Origin: Bacillota bacterium
GTDB lineage: Bacteria; Bacillota; Clostridia; Oscillospirales; Ruminococcaceae
Assembly (NCBI GenBank): GCA_023418925.1
Contig: JAEZYS010000009.1
Location: forward strand, 10,516-74,515
Direction of reading: 5' to 3'
DNA length: 64,000 nucleotides
The notes below the pieces were generated by a model. It did not search any database, had not been told where the DNA came from, and saw only the letters and a list, made by a program, of their open reading frames with translations. How positions within the stretch are numbered: the first letter of the stretch is position 1; each line of letters opens with the position of its first letter. Made by a program: the position numbers and the translations under genes. This document shows, piece by piece, positions 30,916 to 40,423 of this stretch.

Positions 30916-33060
30916 ATGAACTTTGATGACAAACTGCGCGAAATGATTAGTCAGGCAGAAGTTCCCGATGAACTGAAACCTGAAAACATAGCAATTATGC
31001 TTAAAACAAAAGCTGTTCAGTCCGGAAATACATCGCATAATAAAAATATAATTACGATGTCTTCCGTAGTAAAGAAAAAGATTATTATGGCCAGAGCAGC
31101 AGCTGCATGTGCTGCATGTGTAGCATTGGCAATAGGAATTTGGGCAGTTTCTGATAATGACAACAACCCTGTTATAATTGACGGGCCAGTTGATTACGAA
31201 GCTGTTACCCCTGCAAATTACGACGATCTGTACAGCATTTACACAGGTATATATCTTGAGGATTCAGGAAGAGAAACACCTGACCCGGATGTACAAAAGC
31301 CTCACATTACCGACGGGTCTGCAACCGGCGGAAAAGAAATTACTACATCCGTTAAACCGATAGAAACAGTTGCACCTGTAACTGAAGAGATTATATCCAG
31401 TTCAGATGAAATTACGGTTGACGGCGCTTCCAAGGCTGACATTGTTAAAAGTGACGGCTCTTATCTTTACTACATTACAGAATCCAAAGTCTGTATTGTA
31501 TCACTCGAAAGCATGGAAGTTTTATCGCAGATTGAAAAGGCAGGCGTAAAGCCTTTTGAAATGTACATCGAAGGAAATAAACTGATATTACTCTCAAAGG
31601 AAACTCAGAAAGCGGTATACAAAGCTGATGAACCGGAAAATTTCAGCACTGCCGCAGATGATAAGGCTTCAGACTCTACAAAAGCAGAATCTGTTCCAGC
31701 AGAGGATGCTTCTTCTACCACCCAAAGCCCTGATATCAGCTCTGAAAATTCCAACTCCGATATTATCAGCGGGACAGAAACAAGCGCGGCTTCAACTGAA
31801 ACGGATCTGAATGCTGCATATTCAGACAATTCCGGAGCAGTTGACCGAACAAATATTGTTGTTGAGGAATTTGATATCAGCAGCAAGGAAAATCCGCAAT
31901 TAATCACAGTATACAAACAGAATGGCGAATATACCTCATCCCATATGGCAGACGGTGTTCTGTATCTTGTAACAGGATATTCAGACTATCGCACAAAGCC
32001 TTTGGAAAAAGAGGCTGATCTTGACAATTTTGTTCCTGCATACTACATAAACAATGAGAAATACTATGTAGCAGCGGGTGACATTACTGTTCCCGCAAAT
32101 CCGAACACCACAGACTATACGGTAATTTCCCGTATGGACTGCAAAGCTAAGGCTATTGTGCCTTCAGTCAAGGCTGTTCTCGGAATGAGCAGAAAAGTTT
32201 ACTGCTCAGCAGATACGCTTTATGTAGTCGGTACTGATAAGGGCGACAAGAATAAGAGCACAATCACAAGCTTTGACCTTGACAACGGCGGAATAGGTTA
32301 TGCCGCAACAACCTTGATTGACGGCAACGTTACCGCATGGATGAGCCAGTATAAAGGCAATCTTAGAATCGTTGTCAAAACCGCTGATGAAAACGGTATT
32401 CCGGCTGTGAAAATTTGTGTGCTTGACGGAAACCTTGAACCAGTAAATCAATCCGATTATTTACTTGTCGGACAGATTCTTTCAGGAGTATCTTTCAATG
32501 AAAATTATGTCGGTCTGATGATTAACGGAGATTCTACTCCTGCAATTGTTCTTGATTTAAATGGCAATCCGCCTGTTCAGGTACAATCACTTGAGAGTAC
32601 TCCAACATCAGTTATATCAGCATACGGCGAAGATAAGCTGCTCACTTTAGGAGCAGAATACGATGAAAACGGAAAGCAAACCGGTTTGTGTCTCTCAATG
32701 TTTGAGGCAGAAAGCGGACTGAAGCTTCAAAATACGGTTATTTCTGCCGATTCAGGCGACCTGATGTCGTCGGCCCTTACTGACAGACGTGCAATGCTTG
32801 TTGATTATGAAAGAGGCATTGTTGCGGTTCCAGTATACAGCCATAATGAGTTCGGCACAAAGAATCAGTATTATATTTACAGTTATGATGACTCCGTAGG
32901 CTTTTCAGTCAAGGGAGTAATCGAGTATAACGATATTGATGACAGCTATATCTTTGAAAGAGCCGTAATAGTTGACGATGTATTTTATGCAATCGCTAAA
33001 GGTCGTATAGTATCTGCACAGGTTACAGATTTCAAGGTAATAGATTCATTCACATTCTGA
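30916..33060 (+). CDS. Putative anti-sigma factor: N-terminal cytoplasmic segment, one TM, extracytoplasmic beta-propeller-like domain
   Basis: Immediately downstream of the ECF sigma and translationally coupled. TM ARAAAACAACVALAIGIWAV. Ser/Thr/Asp-rich linker. The C-terminal ~450 aa resemble the Beta_propel family (recalled). Confidence 0.5.
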   Translation: MNFDDKLREMISQAEVPDELKPENIAIMLKTKAVQSGNTSHNKNIITMSSVVKKKIIMARAAAACAACVALAIGIWAVSDNDNNPVIIDGPVDYEAVTPANYDDLYSIYTGIYLEDSGRETPDPDVQKPHITDGSATGGKEITTSVKPIETVAPVTEEIISSSDEITVDGASKADIVKSDGSYLYYITESKVCIVSLESMEVLSQIEKAGVKPFEMYIEGNKLILLSKETQKAVYKADEPENFSTAADDKASDSTKAESVPAEDASSTTQSPDISSENSNSDIISGTETSAASTETDLNAAYSDNSGAVDRTNIVVEEFDISSKENPQLITVYKQNGEYTSSHMADGVLYLVTGYSDYRTKPLEKEADLDNFVPAYYINNEKYYVAAGDITVPANPNTTDYTVISRMDCKAKAIVPSVKAVLGMSRKVYCSADTLYVVGTDKGDKNKSTITSFDLDNGGIGYAATTLIDGNVTAWMSQYKGNLRIVVKTADENGIPAVKICVLDGNLEPVNQSDYLLVGQILSGVSFNENYVGLMINGDSTPAIVLDLNGNPPVQVQSLESTPTSVISAYGEDKLLTLGAEYDENGKQTGLCLSMFEAESGLKLQNTVISADSGDLMSSALTDRRAMLVDYERGIVAVPVYSHNEFGTKNQYYIYSYDDSVGFSVKGVIEYNDIDDSYIFERAVIVDDVFYAIAKGRIVSAQVTDFKVIDSFTF

Positions 33061-33171
33061 TATAAGAAAAGAATATGTTGAACAAAGAAAGGGCGAGCAA
33101 AGACTCGTCCTTTTTTTATTTCTTCAACATCAAAACGGGATACTATCCAAATTGGAAAGTATCCCGTCTAA

Positions 33172-34134
33172 TTATTTTTCATCAAGACAATTTACAAAGT
33201 CCCTATGGTCGGCAATATCAATTCTATGCTCACAGCTCATATTTTCAAAGCTCATAAGTAGGTAAAACCTATTGACACCGCTGTAACGCAGTTTTCCGTT
33301 TATCGATCTGTTCTGTGAGCTCCATGTTGTATCTACATATGCCCATTTCCCATCACAGATAACGGCTGTCCATTCGTGATTTGTCGGCGCCTGACGTATA
33401 GTTTCAGGAGTATATCCGTCCGCCGCAGTTCCTCCGCGGAGATTTACACAGTATATACCCTGCATACTGCACATTGAAGAAAACAGATTTGAAAATCCTG
33501 CACAGGTTGTTTTTCTGCCCGATAGAACATTTTCAAGGGAAATTACACTGATATCAACAGTATTATGTGCCGCATCCATATCATAGTATATATTATTTGC
33601 CGTCCAATGGGATAGTCTTTTTACCTTTTCAAAATCGGTTTCAGCATCCCCACATATTTCATCAGAAAGCTTTTTAACCTGCAAAAGAACTGCATATCTG
33701 AAATTCTCGTCAGTATTGACTGAAATATACTCCCTTGTGAATTTCCCGCCAAAGCTTCTTGTTGATTCAATCTGTTTGCGGTTGTTTTCGCATATATCAT
33801 CAAATGGCGGTTCTGTAATCCATGTGCTTGCTTCCGTCTGTGCATGGAAATTATGTACATCAGGCATTTCAACCTCAGGAGTCTTCACATCTGCAACTTC
33901 CGCCTCAAAAAGCTGTTTATAGTCGGTTGCTTCAAGCTTTGCAGGATCATTCTGTAGAGAATGAATTTCTTCTGAATATTTACTGAAAATATCATATTTT
34001 GATATTGCTTCCCGTCTTATATTAATAAATGTAATAACAGCCAAAATTACTATAAGAACCCCTAAAACAATCAGTAGTTTAGGGAGAAGCTTGTTTTTCT
34101 TATCATTTGTCTTATTCATAATAGTATTCTCCAT
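33172..34134 (-). CDS. Transglutaminase-like cysteine peptidase domain protein (membrane-anchored)
   Basis: N-terminal TM. Core TTCAGFSNLFSSMC with downstream His (HEWTAV) and Asp, the classic transglutaminase-like triad spacing. Confidence 0.7.
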   Translation of the reverse strand: MENTIMNKTNDKKNKLLPKLLIVLGVLIVILAVITFINIRREAISKYDIFSKYSEEIHSLQNDPAKLEATDYKQLFEAEVADVKTPEVEMPDVHNFHAQTEASTWITEPPFDDICENNRKQIESTRSFGGKFTREYISVNTDENFRYAVLLQVKKLSDEICGDAETDFEKVKRLSHWTANNIYYDMDAAHNTVDISVISLENVLSGRKTTCAGFSNLFSSMCSMQGIYCVNLRGGTAADGYTPETIRQAPTNHEWTAVICDGKWAYVDTTWSSQNRSINGKLRYSGVNRFYLLMSFENMSCEHRIDIADHRDFVNCLDEK

Positions 34135-34293
34135 TCCTTTTTGCTATCCACCCTGTCTGCAAATAACAACTATTATTTTACAATTAAACAACACTTATGT
34201 CAAGAAAAAAGTTGAAATACTCGTTGTATTAAGTTAACAATTATGCTATAATTATTTTATAATTATTTTTTATAAATTATGGAGGTCATAACT

Positions 34294-35556
34294 ATGGGTA
34301 TTATAAAGGCTGCTGTATCTTCAGTAGGCGGTGTTCTTGCTGATTCATGGCTCGAAAGTATTGAACCTTATGAAATGTCCGACACAACCGTTGTCACAAA
34401 GGGCGTTAAAGTCCGTAAAGGTAAAGGCTCAAACAACAAGGGCAGTGATGACTATATTTCCAACGGCTCTGTAATACACGTTTATCCGAATACAATGATG
34501 CTTCTCGTTGACGGCGGCAAGATTGTAGATTACTCCGCATCCGAGGGTTATTATCAGGTTAACCTTTCAACTTCGCCATCACTTTTCAACGGTGAGCTTT
34601 CCGAAAGTATCAAGGATACATGGGAACGCTTTAAGTTCGGTGGTGTTCCGTCAGGCTCACAGAAGGTATACTATATTAATTTGCAGGAAATCAAGGGGCT
34701 TCGTTTCGGCACAAGAAATGCAGTCAACTATTATGATAACAAATATGACGCAGAGCTTTTCCTCAGAGCTCACGGTACATATTCCATAAAGATTACTGAT
34801 CCTCTCAAGTTCTTTACAGAGGCTGTTCCAAGAAATGCAGAACGTTGTGATATCAATGACATTAACGCGCAGTATCTTGACGAATTCCTCGATGCTCTCC
34901 AGTCAGCTATCAACCAGATGTCAGTTGACGGAATCAACATCTCACAGGTAACTTCAAAGAGCAGAGAACTTTCAAAGTATATGGCCAACACTCTTGACGC
35001 TGAATGGCGTGAATTAAGAGGTATGGAAATATGCTCTGTCGGTATTGCAAGTATTTCCTATGACGAAAACTCAAGAAAACTCATTGATATGCGTAATCAG
35101 GGCGCAATGCTCAAGGATGCTACTATTCGTGAGGGTTACGTTCAGGGCGCTATTGCTGAAGGTTTAAAAGCGGCAGGCTCAAACACAGCAGGTGCAGGTC
35201 AGGCTTTCATGGCTATGGGCATGGGTATGAATGCAGGCGGTAACTTTATGTCATCAGCTTCTCAGACCAACGCACAGCAGATGCAGTATCAGCAGCAAGC
35301 ACAGCAGCAGACCCAGCAGAACGGATGGAAGTGTTCATGCGGAACAGTAAATACAGGCAACTTCTGCAATAACTGCGGAAGCAAAAAACCTCAGCCTGCA
35401 GGTGAATGGCAGTGCACCTGCGGAACCATGAACACAGGAAACTTCTGCAACGACTGCGGAAATAAAAAGCCTCAGCCAGCAGGCGAATGGGTATGCTCCT
35501 GCGGATCAAAGAACACAGGAAATTTCTGTAATAACTGCGGAAATAAGAGACCATAA
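34294..35556 (+). CDS. SPFH/band-7-like protein with three C-terminal zinc ribbons (COG4260 family)
   Basis: MGIIKAAVSSVGGVLADSWLE N-terminus is typical of COG4260. Gln-rich linker. Three tandem W-x-C-x-CG-x3-TGNFCN-x-CG-x-K(K/R)P units (CxxC-x11-CxxC each). Confidence 0.7.
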   Translation: MGIIKAAVSSVGGVLADSWLESIEPYEMSDTTVVTKGVKVRKGKGSNNKGSDDYISNGSVIHVYPNTMMLLVDGGKIVDYSASEGYYQVNLSTSPSLFNGELSESIKDTWERFKFGGVPSGSQKVYYINLQEIKGLRFGTRNAVNYYDNKYDAELFLRAHGTYSIKITDPLKFFTEAVPRNAERCDINDINAQYLDEFLDALQSAINQMSVDGINISQVTSKSRELSKYMANTLDAEWRELRGMEICSVGIASISYDENSRKLIDMRNQGAMLKDATIREGYVQGAIAEGLKAAGSNTAGAGQAFMAMGMGMNAGGNFMSSASQTNAQQMQYQQQAQQQTQQNGWKCSCGTVNTGNFCNNCGSKKPQPAGEWQCTCGTMNTGNFCNDCGNKKPQPAGEWVCSCGSKNTGNFCNNCGNKRP

Positions 35557-35610
35557 AGTAATTTCAATAATTAAGTATCCTATGGAATATATAAATAGGG
35601 GGAAATAAAC

Positions 35611-36678
35611 TTGGACGCTATTCAGCTTAAATGTCCAAACTGCGGCGGCGAAGTAACTTTTCAGCCGGGATCGCAGAATTTTGAATGTCCATACTGCCTT
35701 TCAAAGTTTACTGAGGCAGAAGTAAACAGCTTTAATGGACAAAGCACAAATACTCCTGCAGGCAATTCAGGTGTTGCTGACAATACCATGCAGGCAGATT
35801 TTAACGCACATTCCAACCTTTATGTTTGTAACAGTTGTGGTGCACAGATTATCACAGATGAAAATACAGCAGCATCCTTCTGCTACTATTGTCATAATCC
35901 AGTTGCTCTTTCAGGGCGTCTTACAGGACAATATCGTCCAGGTAAGATAATTCCTTTTAAGCACACCAAGGAACAGGCTCTCGGAATATATAAAGAATGG
36001 TGCAGAAAGAAATGGTTTCTTCCGTCTGACTGGCTCTCTGAAAGTCAGCTTGAAAAGGTCACGGGGCTTTATGTTCCTTTCTGGCTTGCAGACAGCAAGG
36101 TAAGAGCATATTTTCACGGTGAGGGTAACATATCCCATTCCCATGTCAGTGGCGACTACCGTATAACCACAACTGAGGTTTTCAATGTTGTCCGTGAAGC
36201 ACAGATGGAATATTGCAGAATGCCTGCCGACGGCTCACAAAAGCTTGATGACAGACTTATGGATGCAATTGAACCATTCAACTATGCAGATCTTATCGAC
36301 TTTAATTCTGCATATCTTTCAGGATTTTATGCCGATAAATACGACGTCAACAAGGATGCTGTCCTCGGAAGAATATATGACAGAGTCAATACAGGCGCAC
36401 AGCAGATGCTCAGAGAAAATACAGGCAGATACTCTTCAATAAATACAATAAACCAGAATACAATGCTTACAAAGGTTGACTGGGAATATGCATTGCTTCC
36501 GGTCTGGTTCATGACATATGACCATGGCGGAAAGAAATACTTCTTTGCAATGAACGGTCAGACAGGAAAAATCGCAGGCATACTTCCTGTTTCAGTTCCA
36601 AAGCTTATGGCTTTGTTTGCAGGGCTTTTCGTTGGTGTCGGTATAATTGCAGGACTCATAGGAGGTTTGATGTTATGA
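35611..36678 (+). CDS. Zinc-ribbon protein with C-terminal TM helix (partner of COG4260 protein)
   Basis: LKCPNCGGEVTFQPGSQNFECPYCLS (CxxC-x14-CxxC) N-terminal. A second CxxC-x17-CxxC at ~residue 75. C-terminal hydrophobic anchor LFAGLFVGVGIIAGLIGGLML. TTG start with AGGGGGA RBS. Confidence 0.5.
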   Translation: MDAIQLKCPNCGGEVTFQPGSQNFECPYCLSKFTEAEVNSFNGQSTNTPAGNSGVADNTMQADFNAHSNLYVCNSCGAQIITDENTAASFCYYCHNPVALSGRLTGQYRPGKIIPFKHTKEQALGIYKEWCRKKWFLPSDWLSESQLEKVTGLYVPFWLADSKVRAYFHGEGNISHSHVSGDYRITTTEVFNVVREAQMEYCRMPADGSQKLDDRLMDAIEPFNYADLIDFNSAYLSGFYADKYDVNKDAVLGRIYDRVNTGAQQMLRENTGRYSSINTINQNTMLTKVDWEYALLPVWFMTYDHGGKKYFFAMNGQTGKIAGILPVSVPKLMALFAGLFVGVGIIAGLIGGLML

Positions 36679-37499
36679 TGAAAAAAATATCACTCTCCTT
36701 AATTACTGCTTTGCTTGCAATGCTTCTTATTCTGCCGATAAGTGCGTTTGCCGCTTCAAGTGATATTGATGATCAGGTTTCTCTGCTTAGTCAATCTGAC
36801 CTTGATAAACTTGAACAAGAGAGAAGCGCACTCGCTGAAAAAACAGGTTGGAACATTGGTATTGTAATTATTGATGAACCTGTTGGAAAATCTGCTATGG
36901 AATTTTCAGATGACTATTACGAAGAAAAATACGGCGCTGATACAGATGGCGTGCTTTTCATGTATGGAATGAAGGATTCTTATCTTTCAACAAGCGGCAT
37001 TGCAATTAATTATCTTAATGACTATAGAATTGAGCTATTACTTGATGATTCTGATAAATATTTCAGGGAATTTAAGGACTTTGAAGCTATTGAATCTGCA
37101 CTTAAAAACATTGACAAATATTATGGTCAGGGCATTGCCTCTGATAATTATACTTATGAAGGCGAATATGCTGGTGAAGAAATTCAGGCAAGAATAAAAC
37201 AGAACATTAACACAGCTATTTTAATTGGAATTATAGCAGGTTTAGTAGCTGGATTCATAGGATTGGGAGTTGTTACAGCCAAATATAAGTTCCATGCTGT
37301 TCCTTCAAACAACAACTACCTTAACAAGAATTCCATTCACTTCTTGCAGTCAAGGGATGATTATGTAAGAACATTTACAACAAGAACAAGGCTCAGCAGT
37401 TCAAGCGGAGACGGTGGTGGCGGAAGTCACGGCTCATCAACTCACCGTTCGTCAAGCGGCGGAAGTCACGGCGGCGGCGGACACAGCAGGAGCAGATAG
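36675..37499 (+). CDS. TPM-domain protein (YgcG-like), secreted/membrane with Gly/Ser/His-rich tail
   Basis: Signal peptide. TPM-like core (QVSLLSQSDLDKLEQERSALAEKTGWNIGIVIID...). TM IAGLVAGFIGLGVV. Tail SSSGDGGGGSHGSSTHRSSSGGSHGGGGHSRSR. Start overlaps the preceding stop (ATGA). Confidence 0.65.
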   Translation: MMKKISLSLITALLAMLLILPISAFAASSDIDDQVSLLSQSDLDKLEQERSALAEKTGWNIGIVIIDEPVGKSAMEFSDDYYEEKYGADTDGVLFMYGMKDSYLSTSGIAINYLNDYRIELLLDDSDKYFREFKDFEAIESALKNIDKYYGQGIASDNYTYEGEYAGEEIQARIKQNINTAILIGIIAGLVAGFIGLGVVTAKYKFHAVPSNNNYLNKNSIHFLQSRDDYVRTFTTRTRLSSSSGDGGGGSHGSSTHRSSSGGSHGGGGHSRSR

Positions 37500-37689
37500 T
37501 ATTTGTTTCGCTCAATATACAAAATCAGGCACTTCTGATACTTTTGTATCGGAAGTGCCTTCGCTTTAAACTACTTTTATACTGTCTTACCCTTGCGGAA
37601 ATGTATTTGTTGAAAAGTAAAATTAGTTATAATAAGTGGTTTCCATTTCCCTTTTACTATATCATGTGTCAGTTCCAACGGACACATAT

Positions 37690-38481
37690 TCAGTTCTTAT
37701 CTTCATTAAATTCCCCATACTCCTGATTATATCGTTTCAGGAACTGCTTTGTTCTATCATTCTGTGTATCCGAGAAAACTTCCTGAGGTGTTCCCTCTTC
37801 AACTATAACCCCGTCATCCATGAAAATGACCTTATCAGCTACATCCCTTGCAAAAGCCATTTCATGCGTAACGATAACCATTGTCATCTTTTCCTTTGCA
37901 AGTTCCTTGATAACCTTGAGTATCTCGCCTGTAAGTTCAGGGTCAAGTGCAGATGTCGGTTCGTCAAAGAAAAGCACCTCGGGATTAAGTGCTAATGCTC
38001 GTGCAATGGAAACTCTTTGCTGTTGTCCGCCAGACAACTCGCATGGATATGACTTTGCCTTATCTTTAAGTCCCATCTTTCCAAGCAGTTCTGTTGCAGT
38101 TTTTACAGCCTCATCCTTGCTTTTTTTCAGCACACATACAGGTGCTTCGGTGACATTTTTCAGCACACTCATATGCGGAAATAGGTTGAAGTTCTGAAAA
38201 ACAAGTCCTATTTTAAGCCTTATTTGCCTTAGAACATCCGCAGATGCATAGACAGGCTTGTTGTTTTTATATGATGTAATCATTTCGTCGCCACAGACAT
38301 TAATTGTTCCGCCACTTACCTTTTCAAGCTGATTTATACAACGGAGTAAGGTTGATTTACCGCTTCCTGACGGGCCGATGATTGCAACGACCTGTCCTTC
38401 CTCTACGTTAAATGAAATATCTTTAAGAACAACAAGATGGTCAAAACTTTTTGACAGATTTTTAACTTCAAGAACAGCCAT
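37690..38481 (-). CDS. Polar amino acid ABC transporter ATP-binding protein (GlnQ/ArtP-like)
   Basis: Walker [11 protein letters not shown]-loop, signature LSGGQQQRV, Walker [13 protein letters not shown]-loop VTHEM. Confidence 0.9.
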   Translation of the reverse strand: MAVLEVKNLSKSFDHLVVLKDISFNVEEGQVVAIIGPSGSGKSTLLRCINQLEKVSGGTINVCGDEMITSYKNNKPVYASADVLRQIRLKIGLVFQNFNLFPHMSVLKNVTEAPVCVLKKSKDEAVKTATELLGKMGLKDKAKSYPCELSGGQQQRVSIARALALNPEVLFFDEPTSALDPELTGEILKVIKELAKEKMTMVIVTHEMAFARDVADKVIFMDDGVIVEEGTPQEVFSDTQNDRTKQFLKRYNQEYGEFNEDKN

Positions 38482-38502
38482 GCTAATCTTTACTCCTTTC
38501 TG

Positions 38503-39210
38503 CTATTTATAGTAACCAAGTTTTTTCTCAACGCCTGTGAACACAATTGTGAGAACTGCATTCATAACAAAATAGAATGCTCCTGCAATGAAAAGCGGAA
38601 TAAGCGATGAGTAGTTTACCATCTGCTGCTTTGCCTTTATAAAGATTTCAACGTATGCAATAACGGATGCAAGGGATGTATCCTTAACAAGAGTGATAAT
38701 CTCATTTGAGCTTGCAGGAACAATGCGCTTTACAACCTGCGGAAGAACTACTCTGAAGAAAGTTTGCGACTTTGTAAATCCAAGTGACGCTGAGGCTTCA
38801 TACTGACCCTTTGGAATTGATTCAATCCCACCCCTGAATATTTCTGCAAAGTATGCCGCATAGTTAAGTGCAAAAGCCGTAATCAATGCGCCGAACATAT
38901 ATCCCGGACTTTTAGTATCAATACCGCTGACGAGAGCAACCGCCCACTTTATGCTGGATTGCTTTATAATAGGTATTGCATAGTATATAGTAATAATCTG
39001 AAGCATAAGCGGGGTTCCACGCATTATTAATATGTAAATGCTTGTCAGCCATGATACCGGCCGAAATTTACACATTTTGAGCAATGCGACAATCATTCCA
39101 AGCGGAATAGAGAAAATCAATGTAAACACAAAAACTTTTAATGTCGGTATTAAATATTTAAGCAGAACTTGAGTTGTCTGTAAAACGTCATGCCAATCCA
39201 ATATAATCAC
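38503..39210 (-). CDS. Polar amino acid ABC transporter permease (HisM/GlnP family)
   Basis: 5-TM protein with EAA loop (ASASLGFTKSQTFFRVVLPQV). Confidence 0.85.
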   Translation of the reverse strand: MIILDWHDVLQTTQVLLKYLIPTLKVFVFTLIFSIPLGMIVALLKMCKFRPVSWLTSIYILIMRGTPLMLQIITIYYAIPIIKQSSIKWAVALVSGIDTKSPGYMFGALITAFALNYAAYFAEIFRGGIESIPKGQYEASASLGFTKSQTFFRVVLPQVVKRIVPASSNEIITLVKDTSLASVIAYVEIFIKAKQQMVNYSSLIPLFIAGAFYFVMNAVLTIVFTGVEKKLGYYK

Positions 39211-39331
39211 CTCTTGAATAATTCAATGCGCACTTTATTATTATAGCTTATTATCTTAGCATAAGCAACCGATAAAGCGCATTATTTTCAAGTTTTCTGT
39301 ATCATCTTGAATTTTACATGCATAAACAAAG

Positions 39332-39370
39332 CACCTCAAAAGATTGACTGTCTTTGAGGTGCTACTATTA
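39332..39370 (-). terminator. Terminator downstream of 39388-40347 gene pair
   Basis: GCACCTCAAAG-acagtcaatctt-TTGAGGTGC, followed on the - strand by TTTGTTTAT. Confidence 0.65.
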
Positions 39371-39387
39371 AAACTATAAATAATTGA

Positions 39388-39840
39388 CTAATGCCCTCTT
39401 ATATCCAACTGAGAATAAAATTCATTTCCTGACTCCCAACAATAGACAATATAACAATTTTCTCCGACTTCTTTATCAAATGACAAATTCCCATGCTCTA
39501 TAAACTTTAATTTTTGCTCATGCTGTTCCTCTACTATACACTTATACTCATCTGAAACATATAACGAATAATATTTTTGTAATTCTTCTGTACCCAAATC
39601 ACTTCTAATCAAAATACATCCAAAATATTGCATGCCATTTCCGTTCCCAGTATATTTACCAGCACCATATATGCTTTCAATATACGAAGTAAAATCAGGT
39701 AAAGGGATGTTTTGCAAATCATCAACTATCTTCTTTGCAGTGTAGTTATTTACAACAGGAACAGATATCATAAAGGCTAATAATAAAGAAGTTATGCTTA
39801 TACAAATTATTATTATTATCTTTTTCATGTCTTTTACCAT
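39388..39840 (-). CDS. Hypothetical membrane-anchored/exported protein
   Basis: N-terminal hydrophobic anchor KKIIIIICISITSLLLAFMISV. No known motif. Confidence 0.35.
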   Translation of the reverse strand: MVKDMKKIIIIICISITSLLLAFMISVPVVNNYTAKKIVDDLQNIPLPDFTSYIESIYGAGKYTGNGNGMQYFGCILIRSDLGTEELQKYYSLYVSDEYKCIVEEQHEQKLKFIEHGNLSFDKEVGENCYIVYCWESGNEFYSQLDIRGH

Positions 39841-39846
39841 TAAGTT

Positions 39847-40347
39847 CTATTCGGTCGGCTTTTCATCTGCTTTATTAGATATCCTCTCATTTATATAGTT
39901 ATAAAGTTGGACAAATGCCGTTCTATTGTACTTTTCAGCGAAAGCCTCAGCTAAATCTTCTACAGTATCAAATTTAGGTTCAAATTTTGATGTATATTCA
40001 TAAACATTATCTGTGGTAACAATCTCTAAATAAATTTTATAATATGTAGGAACCCTTCCGCCACATATCTGTTCGTTTTTTATAGTTAATTTCGTAATGT
40101 CTTTAAAATCAATCGTTGTTCTTTTTCCTGCTGTTATAAAAGTTACTAAAGTTTCGTCCGCTTCAAAACTCCCTAAAGCATTATCAAGAAAGAAGATAAA
40201 TAAACCAGATAGCAATAAAGCCAAAAAGAATATAACCTTTAATTTTTCAGGCGCTGCAACTAATGAAAAGAAAGATAAAAGTAATGTGATTATAGGAATT
40301 ACCATTAATTCGCTTCTATATCTGAATTCATCTCTCATATTTAACAC
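39847..40347 (-). CDS. Hypothetical membrane protein (2 TM + soluble domain)
   Basis: Two N-terminal hydrophobic helices. No motif recognised. Confidence 0.35.
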   Translation of the reverse strand: MLNMRDEFRYRSELMVIPIITLLLSFFSLVAAPEKLKVIFFLALLLSGLFIFFLDNALGSFEADETLVTFITAGKRTTIDFKDITKLTIKNEQICGGRVPTYYKIYLEIVTTDNVYEYTSKFEPKFDTVEDLAEAFAEKYNRTAFVQLYNYINERISNKADEKPTE

Positions 40348-40423
40348 TCTTTTCTGTCACTTCCGATTTATTGGTAAATTTATTATATCATATGGTAAGT
40401 TTTTAGTCAATTAAATTATAACA

